DNA of 64,000 nucleotides from an uncultured Candidatus Saccharibacteria bacterium (GTDB lineage: Bacteria > Patescibacteriota > Dojkabacteria > SC72), in contig CAYOEG010000002.1 of the NCBI GenBank assembly GCA_964403155.1, positions 74,296 to 138,295 on the forward strand, given 5' to 3'. The translations under genes and the position numbers were made by a program. Under the pieces are notes generated by a model that saw nothing but the letters and a program-made list of their open reading frames with translations, was not told the origin of the DNA and did not search any database. Below are positions 48,388-57,726 of the stretch, in pieces. The number at the start of each line of letters is the position of its first letter. The first letter of the stretch is position 1.

Positions 48388-50583
48388 ATGAAAATTACTG
48401 CTCAACAGTTTGTTTCAAATAGCAAAGAAGGGAACTCCTTTGTATCAATCTTCAAACATTTTGCGAACTCTGGTGAAAAGAAGACAGAGAGAGAAGGGGA
48501 CCTGTACTGCCTTCTTAATATCTCTGGGAAAGAAAATATCCCTGCAGAAAGAATAAGTAAGTTCGTTTGGGATGGGATTTTAGATGGGTATATATATTCC
48601 AACGAAAAAAGCACAAACAACGCACTCAAAGATGGGATTAATAACGGAGTTCAGAAACTTAGAGATCTCATAAAGAATGATCAAACATTGGAAGAACTGG
48701 GGGTTAATGTTGATTTTGTACTTGTAGCTCAGAGGAAAGAGGGATTGTATATTGGGAATCTCGGAGAAAATGAAATATATGCCTACAAGGCTGGAAAGTT
48801 TGTAGATATATCAGAAATATTGAAGAAAAGTAGGGCAAATACCGCAGGTATCGCACTTGAAGAACAGGATATGCTAGTAATCTCTACAAAAGGTGTCTTA
48901 GAAGGATATATCAACTCACTATCCAACTCGAAAGATTCCAAAAATGTTGTATTAGGGCTTAAGACTTTAGGTGGAGGATTGAATGGGTCTGGTGGTTTTG
49001 TGCTTTTCTTAGATGAAGAATTGAATGAGACTACAGAGTTAGAAGAAATACCAATAGATGGAGAAGAACCTCTTCTGCATCAACATCCAAAAGAATCGGA
49101 GAAATATGCAGTAATGGCAGAGCATACAATCAAATACACGAAGGGCAGATTTTTCCAAGGATACGGTCTGATCAAGGATGGTGCAGTTGAATATTTCCAA
49201 AGGATAAAGGAATGGGTAAAGAATATTCTTGGGAATCGTAAATGGTTTAAAAAGTTTGCATCCAAGGTTTCTGAAATCAAGATAAATACAAAACCGATAA
49301 CTTCGATGAAAGGTATGCGCATAGATGGTTACAAGACAAAAGATCTTCGTACGAGGAGGGTTCGAATGGTGGTAATAGGTGTTGCAATAATAGTACTCTT
49401 AGCTTTGGGAATAAATTTCACAATCAAAGCAAGGAATGCAAGCATCGTACATAAGCAGGCAACTGCGGTATTTACAGAAGTTGAAAACCTTGTTAAGAAG
49501 GCAGAGAATTATGCAACCTCGGACAAAAGTACTGCAGAAATGTCCATATATCAGGCAAAAAACCAACTCAATGGCCTTCCTGCAACCCTCTCTGAGAAGG
49601 ATATGGGTATCAAGGTGGGATACGATTCTAGAATATTGTCTTTAGAGGATTCGATGTACTATCGTGTTGGGCTAACAGACAACGATGGAAAACTGTCGAC
49701 ATTCTTGGATTCCAGACTTGCCTTTGGAGAAGGGTCTAATCCTACAGACATAGAGATATACTCTGATTCCTCTGGGAATAGATATCTGATTGTAACAGAC
49801 AAGGGACTCAAGTCTGTATATAGAGTCGCTTTGTATGACAAGGTGACAGAGAAGCTAATAGATACCAGTAACCTTTTGAAGGAACCAATGTATGTTTCAA
49901 TGGGCAATTCCGGGGTGTTTGTTTACGACGAAAGAGTAGGAGTACTTAAAGCACCCTTTGATGATAGTAAATGGTTCTCGACATTTGTGGCAATTTCTGG
50001 ATTAAGTAGAGAAAGCATCAAGCCAGACCAAATCAGTGAGTTCATTGTATTAACGGAATCGGACAATATATATATATTGGCACAGGATGAGAATTCCCTG
50101 CTTAAATCTGTTTTCTCATATGAAAATAGATATGGCCTTTATTACAGATACATTACAGATGACAGATTCACAAATTCTACAGATGTATTAGCAGACCTTA
50201 GTGTATATTTCTTAACATCAGACGCTCCATACCTATTAAGATACAGTTACAACTATGCAGAACAGATTCAGAAAGAAAATCCTTTGACAATATCTGGCGT
50301 AAACGGAGATCTTGGAATATTAACAAAGGGTTTTACAACTGAGAGTCTTGATGAAGGGTTGTATGTATTTGATTCTGCAAACAAAAGATTTGTGAAGTTT
50401 GAAAAACCTCAGGAAGCAGGTAGCAATATAATTCACCCGAATGAAGTAGTATTAAAAGCACAGTGGGTATACAGGGGATCTAAGAGTGGAGTGTGGGATA
50501 ATATCAAAGACTTCGTAGTAGATTCTTCTACTGGAGATCTATATATTCTCGATGGCTCTACAGTTTGGAAGGTCGTGATATAA
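48388..50583 (+). CDS. bitopic membrane protein with an N-terminal degenerate PP2C-like (pseudophosphatase) domain and a large extracytoplasmic C-terminal domain
   Basis: The PP2C motif order is retained but metal-binding Asp residues are replaced: DGxGG becomes LNISGK, GDSR becomes NLGENEIYAYKAGKF, SDG becomes STKG. One TM helix (VRMVVIGVAIIVLLALGINF). Confidence 0.4.
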   Translation: MKITAQQFVSNSKEGNSFVSIFKHFANSGEKKTEREGDLYCLLNISGKENIPAERISKFVWDGILDGYIYSNEKSTNNALKDGINNGVQKLRDLIKNDQTLEELGVNVDFVLVAQRKEGLYIGNLGENEIYAYKAGKFVDISEILKKSRANTAGIALEEQDMLVISTKGVLEGYINSLSNSKDSKNVVLGLKTLGGGLNGSGGFVLFLDEELNETTELEEIPIDGEEPLLHQHPKESEKYAVMAEHTIKYTKGRFFQGYGLIKDGAVEYFQRIKEWVKNILGNRKWFKKFASKVSEIKINTKPITSMKGMRIDGYKTKDLRTRRVRMVVIGVAIIVLLALGINFTIKARNASIVHKQATAVFTEVENLVKKAENYATSDKSTAEMSIYQAKNQLNGLPATLSEKDMGIKVGYDSRILSLEDSMYYRVGLTDNDGKLSTFLDSRLAFGEGSNPTDIEIYSDSSGNRYLIVTDKGLKSVYRVALYDKVTEKLIDTSNLLKEPMYVSMGNSGVFVYDERVGVLKAPFDDSKWFSTFVAISGLSRESIKPDQISEFIVLTESDNIYILAQDENSLLKSVFSYENRYGLYYRYITDDRFTNSTDVLADLSVYFLTSDAPYLLRYSYNYAEQIQKENPLTISGVNGDLGILTKGFTTESLDEGLYVFDSANKRFVKFEKPQEAGSNIIHPNEVVLKAQWVYRGSKSGVWDNIKDFVVDSSTGDLYILDGSTVWKVVI

Positions 50584-50593
50584 TAGCGATATT

Positions 50594-51037
50594 ATGAAGA
50601 TTTTCAATAAAAAGGCATCTTTCAATTATGAGATACTTGAGACATTTGAAGCAGGTATTGTCTTAACAGGGGCTGAGGTTAAATCCGTAAAGACGGGAAG
50701 ACTAAATCTTGGAGATGCATATGTAAAAATAATAAATAATGAGTTATGGCTCGTTAATGCAGATATTCCTAGATATAAATATTCTTCGGATGAGCACTAT
50801 GATTCAACTAGATCAAGGAAGCTTTTAATAAATAGGGATCAGTTTGTTAAATTGCAAAGTAAGATAAAACAAGGTAATCTGACATTAATGCCTGTGAGTA
50901 TGTATGATACGAGAGGTTTTTTGAAGGTAGAAGTAGGTATTGGTAGAGGAAAGAAACACTATGAGAAGAAGCTAAGAGAGAAGGAGAGGGATTTGGATAG
51001 GGAACTCCACTTGGAGAACAGAAAATATGTGATATAA
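50594..51037 (+). CDS. smpB: SsrA-binding protein SmpB
   Basis: NKKASFNYEILETFEAGIVLTGAEVKS...GDAYVKI...ELWLVNADIPRY...RSRKLLINRDQ.... Confidence 0.9.
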   Translation: MKIFNKKASFNYEILETFEAGIVLTGAEVKSVKTGRLNLGDAYVKIINNELWLVNADIPRYKYSSDEHYDSTRSRKLLINRDQFVKLQSKIKQGNLTLMPVSMYDTRGFLKVEVGIGRGKKHYEKKLREKERDLDRELHLENRKYVI

Positions 51038-51049
51038 TGTTATAGGATT

Positions 51050-51385
51050 ATGACAGACTTAAATATTGGTTTAGAAAAAGGAAAGAATTCTGAGACAAAA
51101 CCACTTTCTCCAGAGGGCTTAGATTCTGCTAAAGGTGCTGATTTAGAGAACAACACTCTCGCTCAAGAACCTGCTGCAAAGCCAGAAGATGAACAGGACC
51201 TTCCAAAAGTGCAGTCTCCAGTACAGGCACAGAAAGATAATAAAGTTGCAGAGGAAACTCTGCCAGGAGTTGGATATCAATTGCCTGCAGAAAATGTGCT
51301 TATAGAATCTGATGAAACAATAGCAAGACTTTTGATATTGCGTGACAAAATGAGAAATGGTGGAATCCCTTCCAACCAACAGTAA
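51050..51385 (+). CDS. hypothetical acidic low-complexity protein
   Basis: 111-aa ORF. No motif recognised. Confidence 0.3.
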   Translation: MTDLNIGLEKGKNSETKPLSPEGLDSAKGADLENNTLAQEPAAKPEDEQDLPKVQSPVQAQKDNKVAEETLPGVGYQLPAENVLIESDETIARLLILRDKMRNGGIPSNQQ

Positions 51386-51410
51386 CTCTCTTTGATATAT
51401 ATATCCCTGT

Positions 51411-53975
51411 GTGATATTCTTTAAGCATAAGATTACCTTACTGCCATTAATGAATTCAGATGAATTCACATATTCACAAGTAATAGGTCCAATTAAAGAT
51501 CCTACCAAAGAAATTGAAACTGGTTCTAATGTTGTGTATCCAAATAATTCATACGAGGAATATTATGGAAACAACAATATAGAGATCCCGTGGGGTTGGA
51601 TTATTTTCGCACTTGTATTAATAGGTGGCCTTGTAGTAGCTTTTTTCCTTGTTAAGAAAAAATTAATTAGGAAAGACAGAAATGAAAAAGCCAATGATGG
51701 AGTATTAATGGAGGTACGGGTTCCAAGAGATAACGAAGTGGAAATAGGAGTCGCAGAACAGATGTTCGCAAATCTCTACGGTATTGGTGGAAAAGGAGAT
51801 GGCTTAGCAGAACACTTTACAGTAGGTAACGCAGTAAGTTTTGAAGTTGTTGGATTACCTGGTGAAATTAGGTTCTTTGTGCATTGCCCAAGGAAATTCG
51901 CTGACTTAGTTGAGAAACAAATCTTAGGATCATACCAAGATGCTGATGTCTCGATAGTGAATGAGTACAATATATTTGCTCCCAATACTAAATCAGCATA
52001 CACAAGGTTAGTCTTAGACGAGGAACCATATTGTCCATTAAGAGTAGCAGAGAATTTTACAGGAGATCCATTTGCAAATGTACTTAGCACACTTAGCAAG
52101 ATGTCTGAAAATGAAGGTGCTGTTGTACAGATAATTGTTACTCCTACAGATAGTACTTGGCAGAAAAATGGGGCGAAGTTTGTACAGAAGGTAGAAAACA
52201 ACAACTCAGATCCCGAAAAGAAAAAGATAGGGATCTCACAGGAGAAGTTGCAAGGAATAGGGAAGAAGGTTGCAAAGCCAGGGTTGGCCACCGAGATTCG
52301 TATTATGACAAGTGCTCCTGACGAGGCGATTGCAAAGATGCATTTAGATAATATTGTTGGTGCATTCGACCAATACAATAACCCAGGGGTGAACAAATTA
52401 AAGAAGGCAAAGGTAGAGAAGAAAGACGAGAAGAGATTCCTTTATGATGTCATATATAGGAGGACGCCAGAAGCAAAGGAATCTATTCTTAATGTCGAAG
52501 AGCTTGCGGCCTTATATCATTTCCCTAATAAAAATATTACAACACCCAATATTCATTGGTTGCTATCAAGAGAGTTAGTGGCAGATAATTCAATTAGTTC
52601 TGACATAAAGTCTAAGGATACGATATGGATCGGGAACAATTATTTTAGAGGAAAGAAGAAGATTATATGTTTTGAACGGGATGATAGAAGAAGGCATTCG
52701 TATATTCTTGGTCAGACGGGTACGGGTAAGTCTTGGCTTATGAAGAGGATGATATTGCAAGATATATACAATGGCGATGGGGTTTGTTTCATAGATCCAC
52801 ATGGAGAAACAGCAGAAGATATTTTAGAGTTGATCCCACCAGAGAGGGCAGAGGATGTTATCTACTTTAATGCAGGAGATTTTGAACGTCCTTTTGGTTT
52901 GAATATTATGGAATTTTACAATGAGCAGCATCAGCACCAAATTGTTAATAGCTTCATTGCTTTGTTGATTAGGTTGTTTGACCCTCACAATCAAGGATAT
53001 GTAGGTCCGGCAATGCAACAAGCGGTAAGAAACTCTATGCTTACAGCTATGGCAAAAGAAGGGTCGACTCTAATTGAGGTTGTTAGAATATTGCAGGATG
53101 AGGAATGGGTTATGAATTATTGGTTACCAATGGTAAAGGATGAACTGGTAAGAAGGTACTGGACTGATCAGGTGGCGAAGACAGACAAAAAGACTAAGTC
53201 TGAATCTTTGACATATTTCATTAGTAAGTTTGATAAATTCACAACAAATCTGGCAATTAGAAATATTATTGGTCAGTCTAAATCATCTTTTGATTTCAGA
53301 GATGTGATGGACAACCAGAAAATCCTGATAATCAACCTTTCGAAGGGTGCGATAGGGGATGAGAATATGTCCTTCATCGGTCTTCTTGTTGTACAGAAAA
53401 TGTTGGCTGCGGCACTAAGTAGAGAGAATATTCCTCAAGAACAAAGAAAAGACTTTTTCTTCTATGCTGATGAGTTCCAGAATTTTGCAACAGAGGAATT
53501 CTCTTCTATTTTGTCCGAGGCAAGAAAGTACAAATTAAATCTCACAATTGCACATCAATATATTGGTCAACTACCGGAAGAAATTAAGAATGCAGTGTTT
53601 GGTAACGTTGGTTCTTTATTCATAACAAGGTGTAGTGCAGAGGATGCAAAGTTTTTGGAGACTCAGTTTGAGCCATATGTTAAGGCGGGAGATATGGTTA
53701 ACCAAGGTTCTGGACATTGGTATGTTAAATTACTGAACAATGGTGTATATCCTGCGCCTTTCTCGCTTAATTCTTTCTATGGACCGAAATTCCCTGATTC
53801 TGGTTTTGATCTTCCTGTTAGAAAGGATGTGGCAGATATTATTAAGAAATACTCAAGAGCTAAGTATGGTAGGGATGTGGCAGTAATTAATGAGGATATT
53901 AAGATAAGGTCACAGTTGGACAGAAAACCTGAACCTAATCCTATGAATTCTCCATTCCCGCAAATGGGATTCTAA
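51411..53975 (+). CDS. membrane-anchored FtsK/HerA-superfamily P-loop ATPase of type IV secretion type (VirD4/TraD-like coupling protein, or VirB4-like)
   Basis: N-terminal TM helix. Walker A is YILGQTGTGKSWLM, Walker B is DFFFYADEFQNFA, and there is a downstream TIAHQYIGQL motif. Confidence 0.55.
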   Translation: MIFFKHKITLLPLMNSDEFTYSQVIGPIKDPTKEIETGSNVVYPNNSYEEYYGNNNIEIPWGWIIFALVLIGGLVVAFFLVKKKLIRKDRNEKANDGVLMEVRVPRDNEVEIGVAEQMFANLYGIGGKGDGLAEHFTVGNAVSFEVVGLPGEIRFFVHCPRKFADLVEKQILGSYQDADVSIVNEYNIFAPNTKSAYTRLVLDEEPYCPLRVAENFTGDPFANVLSTLSKMSENEGAVVQIIVTPTDSTWQKNGAKFVQKVENNNSDPEKKKIGISQEKLQGIGKKVAKPGLATEIRIMTSAPDEAIAKMHLDNIVGAFDQYNNPGVNKLKKAKVEKKDEKRFLYDVIYRRTPEAKESILNVEELAALYHFPNKNITTPNIHWLLSRELVADNSISSDIKSKDTIWIGNNYFRGKKKIICFERDDRRRHSYILGQTGTGKSWLMKRMILQDIYNGDGVCFIDPHGETAEDILELIPPERAEDVIYFNAGDFERPFGLNIMEFYNEQHQHQIVNSFIALLIRLFDPHNQGYVGPAMQQAVRNSMLTAMAKEGSTLIEVVRILQDEEWVMNYWLPMVKDELVRRYWTDQVAKTDKKTKSESLTYFISKFDKFTTNLAIRNIIGQSKSSFDFRDVMDNQKILIINLSKGAIGDENMSFIGLLVVQKMLAAALSRENIPQEQRKDFFFYADEFQNFATEEFSSILSEARKYKLNLTIAHQYIGQLPEEIKNAVFGNVGSLFITRCSAEDAKFLETQFEPYVKAGDMVNQGSGHWYVKLLNNGVYPAPFSLNSFYGPKFPDSGFDLPVRKDVADIIKKYSRAKYGRDVAVINEDIKIRSQLDRKPEPNPMNSPFPQMGF

Positions 53976-54027
53976 TAGATGTATCTTCTAAAAACCTTCA
54001 TCTTTTGGTAGAATAGGCTACTTTAAT

Positions 54028-54100
54028 GGGAGTATAGCTCAGTCGGCAGAGCGCGGTTCTTATAAAGCCGTGGTCGATGGTTCGATTCCATCTACTCCCA
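54028..54100 (+). tRNA. tRNA-Ile (anticodon UAU), no encoded CCA
   Basis: Hand-folded. The acceptor stem is GGGAGTA/TACTCCC, the D-arm is GCTC...GAGC, the anticodon stem is CGGTT/AGCCG, the loop is CTTATAA, and the T-loop is TTCGATT. Confidence 0.7.
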
Positions 54101-54142
54101 TATTTCATCAATATTTAATAACTGCAGAGTACAATCTTCGTT

Positions 54143-54625
54143 ATGAAGATTTATGTATTTATAGACGAACAGAACCTGTATTTAAGCATAAAGTCTCAGG
54201 GGTGGAAGCTAAATTATGAAAGATGGTATAGATATCTACGAGATAAATATCGTGCAGGCAAAATGCTTGTATTCCTTGGCTTCCTCGACAAAAGAAGATT
54301 TTTCTATAAACAGTTACAAGATATTGGATTTGAACTAGTCTTCAAGGAAGTAACAAAACACATAGAAAATGGAAAGGTATCTTACAAGGGGAACATAGAT
54401 GCTGAACTAGTATTGTATTGTGCACGAATAGAACATGACAACTATGACAAGGCAATTATTGTTAGTGGGGATGGAGATTTTAAATGTTTAATTGCATATC
54501 TTGAGCAAAATCGTAAATTAGGAAGAATATTAATTCCTAATAAAAAATCTTTCTCGTCATTACTTCTAAGTTACGATAAGTATCTAGATTTCGTAAGTGA
54601 TCAGAGGGATAGGCTGAAAGAATGA
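54143..54625 (+). CDS. NYN/LabA-like (PIN-fold) domain protein
   Basis: MKIYVFIDEQNLY...AIIVSGDGDFKCLIAYL. Confidence 0.55.
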   Translation: MKIYVFIDEQNLYLSIKSQGWKLNYERWYRYLRDKYRAGKMLVFLGFLDKRRFFYKQLQDIGFELVFKEVTKHIENGKVSYKGNIDAELVLYCARIEHDNYDKAIIVSGDGDFKCLIAYLEQNRKLGRILIPNKKSFSSLLLSYDKYLDFVSDQRDRLKE

Positions 54626-54729
54626 AATGGGGGTATTGCTTTGAAGACTTACCTTCAAAGACCTCTCCCCCTGGTGACGCTTACATTATATCTCTGTGAG
54701 AATAATTTGGTCAAGAAAACAATTGTGAA

Positions 54730-55617
54730 TTACAGTTCTTTAAGATTCTTTTGATCCTCTTTTTGCATCTTAACAAGGTTAAGATACTTTTCTGTAGTAG
54801 AAAGTCTCTTGTGACCAACTAACTTGGAAACAACAACAAGACTTACACCATTAGCTAAGTGATGTGCAATAAAGGTATTTCTAAGATCATTAACCTTTGC
54901 ATTCTTAATACCACCTCTCTCAAACGCCTTATCTATCGCAGTTCTAATATTTCTTACCAAGAGAGGTCTACCATTCTTTGTTACAAACAATGTATCATCT
55001 TCTGTCTCCGGTCTTACTTCTAAATATTCATCAATAGCCTTCTTTGCCGATTTGTTTAGAGGAACCTTCCTGAATGGGTGGCTACCAGCAGCTTTGATAT
55101 ACAAATAATCGATCTTTCCATCTTTAGATTTTCTAATATCTTCCAAAGAAAGAGCTGCCAATTCTCCAATTCTAATACCAGTTTGTAATAGCACTTCTAC
55201 GATAGAGTAGAGACGGATATCAATTCTACTGACATCTCTCAATGCCCTGTATTCCATTTCTGTTAATACTCTAGGAGGTTTAGTCTCAAACTTAGGATGT
55301 GCTAATTTCTCTGATGGATTATCAGAAATCATAGAGTTATCCATTAGATATCTGTAGAAGGTTCTGGTACTGTTTATCTTTCTGGAAATACTCTTTGGGG
55401 TGTAGTTATTATCCTGTAAATACTGTTTGTACTTCTCCAAATCTTCAATAGTGGTGTCTTGGATAGTAGCTCTAGCTTCTTTCGAAAAGAAATTTAGCAA
55501 TTGCTCGATATCTTTAGCATAAGCTATAACAGTGGCTTCAGACCTACCCTTAGATCTTAAATCACCTATAAACTTATTTCTTTTCTCTTCAAAATTTGGA
55601 TTATTTATTGCTCCCAC
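54730..55617 (-). CDS. tyrosine recombinase (XerC/XerD or phage-integrase family)
   Basis: The N-terminal SAM-like core-binding domain and the catalytic R...H..R...Y residues (TGIRIGEL, HHLANG, LVGHKRLSTTEKY). Confidence 0.8.
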   Translation of the reverse strand: MGAINNPNFEEKRNKFIGDLRSKGRSEATVIAYAKDIEQLLNFFSKEARATIQDTTIEDLEKYKQYLQDNNYTPKSISRKINSTRTFYRYLMDNSMISDNPSEKLAHPKFETKPPRVLTEMEYRALRDVSRIDIRLYSIVEVLLQTGIRIGELAALSLEDIRKSKDGKIDYLYIKAAGSHPFRKVPLNKSAKKAIDEYLEVRPETEDDTLFVTKNGRPLLVRNIRTAIDKAFERGGIKNAKVNDLRNTFIAHHLANGVSLVVVSKLVGHKRLSTTEKYLNLVKMQKEDQKNLKEL

Positions 55618-55754
55618 CGTATTAAGTCTTTAATTTATTAACACTATTTGTATATAGCAAAATTATATCACCTTGGGATGCCAAGGGCAATAATAAATAT
55701 ATATGGGGTAGAGGATGGCTTCCTTAATATTGAGGACTAGAATATAATATCATT

Positions 55755-56201
55755 ATGCCCACAATTTCATATAGACCTAATAGGCCGAGAGCGAATAATA
55801 CTATTAAAAATAACATAGCACCTGCTATTTTTGAGAATACAGTAGTAAAACTGATATTCGTAGGGATATCTATATTCCTTCTCTACAATGTTTTGCATTC
55901 AGTAGATATTACGATTCAGAAGGTAAATATATTAAAAAACGCTAGAGAAGAGGTAGAAAGCTTAAGAGTAACCAATTTGGAGTTAGCTACTCAGTTACAA
56001 AGTATGCAAAATCCTGAATATATTGAAGTAGAGGCTAGGGATAGATTGAATTTCTCTGGAACTAATGATGTGGTTTTTGTAATTCCGGATTCTCTTCTGG
56101 AGACAGCTAGTGAGCGTCTTTCTATGATATGGGATGAGAATGTTGTACAGGAGAAATCAAATTTTGAAGCTTGGGTAGATTTATTGGTAAATGGGTCTTA
56201 A
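55755..56201 (+). CDS. FtsB/DivIC-like septum formation initiator (tentative)
   Basis: TM helix, a coiled coil, then PEYIEVEARDRLNFSGTNDVVFVIP matching the FtsB C-terminal motif. Confidence 0.45.
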   Translation: MPTISYRPNRPRANNTIKNNIAPAIFENTVVKLIFVGISIFLLYNVLHSVDITIQKVNILKNAREEVESLRVTNLELATQLQSMQNPEYIEVEARDRLNFSGTNDVVFVIPDSLLETASERLSMIWDENVVQEKSNFEAWVDLLVNGS

Positions 56202-56248
56202 TTGGACTATTCATATTTTTGTAGTATAATCAGCATTACTGTTGTTAT

Positions 56249-56323
56249 CGCGGAGTAGAGCAGTGGCAGCTCGTCAGGCTCATAACCTGAAGGTCGTTGG
56301 TTCGAGTCCAACCTCCGCAACCA
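56249..56323 (+). tRNA. initiator tRNA-fMet (anticodon CAU)
   Basis: C1·A72 mismatch (CGCGGAG/CTCCGCA-A-CCA), anticodon loop CTCATAA, and T-loop TTCGAGT. Confidence 0.75.
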
Positions 56324-56420
56324 GTTCTCCTCTTTAATTTTGATCTCCCATGTGCTAGAATTACGCCGGAAACGACTCTAATACAGCATTTCTGAATAAA
56401 TAGTTGTTAGAAAGAAAAAT

Positions 56421-56981
56421 ATGCCATTAACAAATCAACCAGTAAAAGGTATGTATATCATTGAAGAGGGGAAGATATTCCATATCATTGATAGACAATT
56501 AAAAACACAAGGAAGACAGGGTGGATTAATAATCATGAGATTGCAGTCTATGGAGACCGGTAATCAAATTACTAAAACCATTAAATCTGGAGCTAAGGTT
56601 GAGCATATTGAGCCTGAAACAAAGGAGATGCAATATTTGTATTCTGATGAGTCTGGTTCTTACTTTATGGACTCTGATACCTACGAAACTATGTTTGTAG
56701 CTAAGGATATTATCGGTAATTATGTGAATTTCTTGAAAGAGGGTTCTACAACATTGATGTTGATGTACGAGGGTAAGATATTGAATATTAAGGAGAATCC
56801 TACAGCGGTATTAAAGGTTACTGATACTACTGATGCTGTTAAGGGTAATACTGCAAATAGTGCTACAAAGGATGCTACTTTAGAAACAGGTTACCATGTT
56901 CAGGTTCCTCTCTTTATAAAGGTAGGGGATGAGATTAAGGTAAATACTGATACTGGTAGTTATTCAAGCAAAGCAAATTAA
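56421..56981 (+). CDS. efp: elongation factor P
   Basis: Three-domain EF-P with the loop KTQGRQGGLIIMRL. Confidence 0.9.
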   Translation: MPLTNQPVKGMYIIEEGKIFHIIDRQLKTQGRQGGLIIMRLQSMETGNQITKTIKSGAKVEHIEPETKEMQYLYSDESGSYFMDSDTYETMFVAKDIIGNYVNFLKEGSTTLMLMYEGKILNIKENPTAVLKVTDTTDAVKGNTANSATKDATLETGYHVQVPLFIKVGDEIKVNTDTGSYSSKAN

Positions 56982-57007
56982 GAATTTGGTATAATCTTGT
57001 ACTACTT

Positions 57008-57081
57008 GGTGGAATAGCTCAGAAGGTTAGAGCATGGGATTCATAAACCCAAGGTCGGTGGTTCGATTCCACCTTCCACCA
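57008..57081 (+). tRNA. elongator tRNA-Met (or tRNA-Ile2), anticodon CAU
   Basis: G1-C72 (GGTGGAA/TTCCACC), anticodon loop TTCATAA, and T-loop TTCGATT. Confidence 0.7.
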
Positions 57082-57115
57082 TATTTTCACAAAAAGGAAC
57101 TTATAGTATAATCAA

Positions 57116-57622
57116 TTGTCGTTGGATGCTTTTGCATCCTCAAAAAAGCTCTTTTTCATAATAAGAAAGGATTGGCTGAAGATGAAAACCATCATAGATG
57201 TGGCCGGTGCGTTTGTTTTAAGGGGATTTCTTCCTTACGTGCACATTTCTGCTCATAAAGAAAGTTGGAAGCTATCCCTCAACCAAGGAAATTCTTCTTT
57301 AGGAATATTGTTCTTTACAATTCCACATGGTAATCTCTTTTGGTCTTTCTTGATCTATTGTCCAGAAGAGTGGAACAAATGGAAATACTCTTCCTGTCAG
57401 GGAAAAGTTCCAAGAATGATTCTCTCCACGGCTTCTGCAAATACTCGACCTCAGATCTCTGTGATGGAGTTTATGCATGCTAATGAACCGATGCCTGCAT
57501 ATATAGATTTCTCCACTGTGGGAATCAATATGGTAATAGCATCATCACTAGGGGGGGCAGATCAAAAGATTATGGAGGAGATCAAGAAAAGAATGATCTC
57601 CATAATGGAGCAAGAATTATGA
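57116..57622 (+). CDS. hypothetical protein (weak)
   Basis: 168-aa ORF with no competing ORF. An alternative internal start is possible. Confidence 0.2.
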   Translation: MSLDAFASSKKLFFIIRKDWLKMKTIIDVAGAFVLRGFLPYVHISAHKESWKLSLNQGNSSLGILFFTIPHGNLFWSFLIYCPEEWNKWKYSSCQGKVPRMILSTASANTRPQISVMEFMHANEPMPAYIDFSTVGINMVIASSLGGADQKIMEEIKKRMISIMEQEL

Positions 57623-57726
57623 AAAACGAGCTAACCCTACGGGTATCCGTAAAAAGATATCCGTAGGTCTTAGCAAAACTTGCATCGTATAGTATTATTA
57701 TATATTCAATTAAGCACCAAGAATCT

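Noticed and set aside
51776-52396. A 206-aa minus-strand ORF.
   Set aside because: It is antisense within the secretion ATPase gene.
43845-55617. Hypothesis that the secretion-like locus plus the recombinase form one tRNA-Ile-integrated conjugative element.
   Set aside because: The secretion-like genes lie upstream of the tRNA, on the side opposite to where tRNA-inserted elements normally sit. smpB is embedded among them. No att duplication of the tRNA 3' end was seen.
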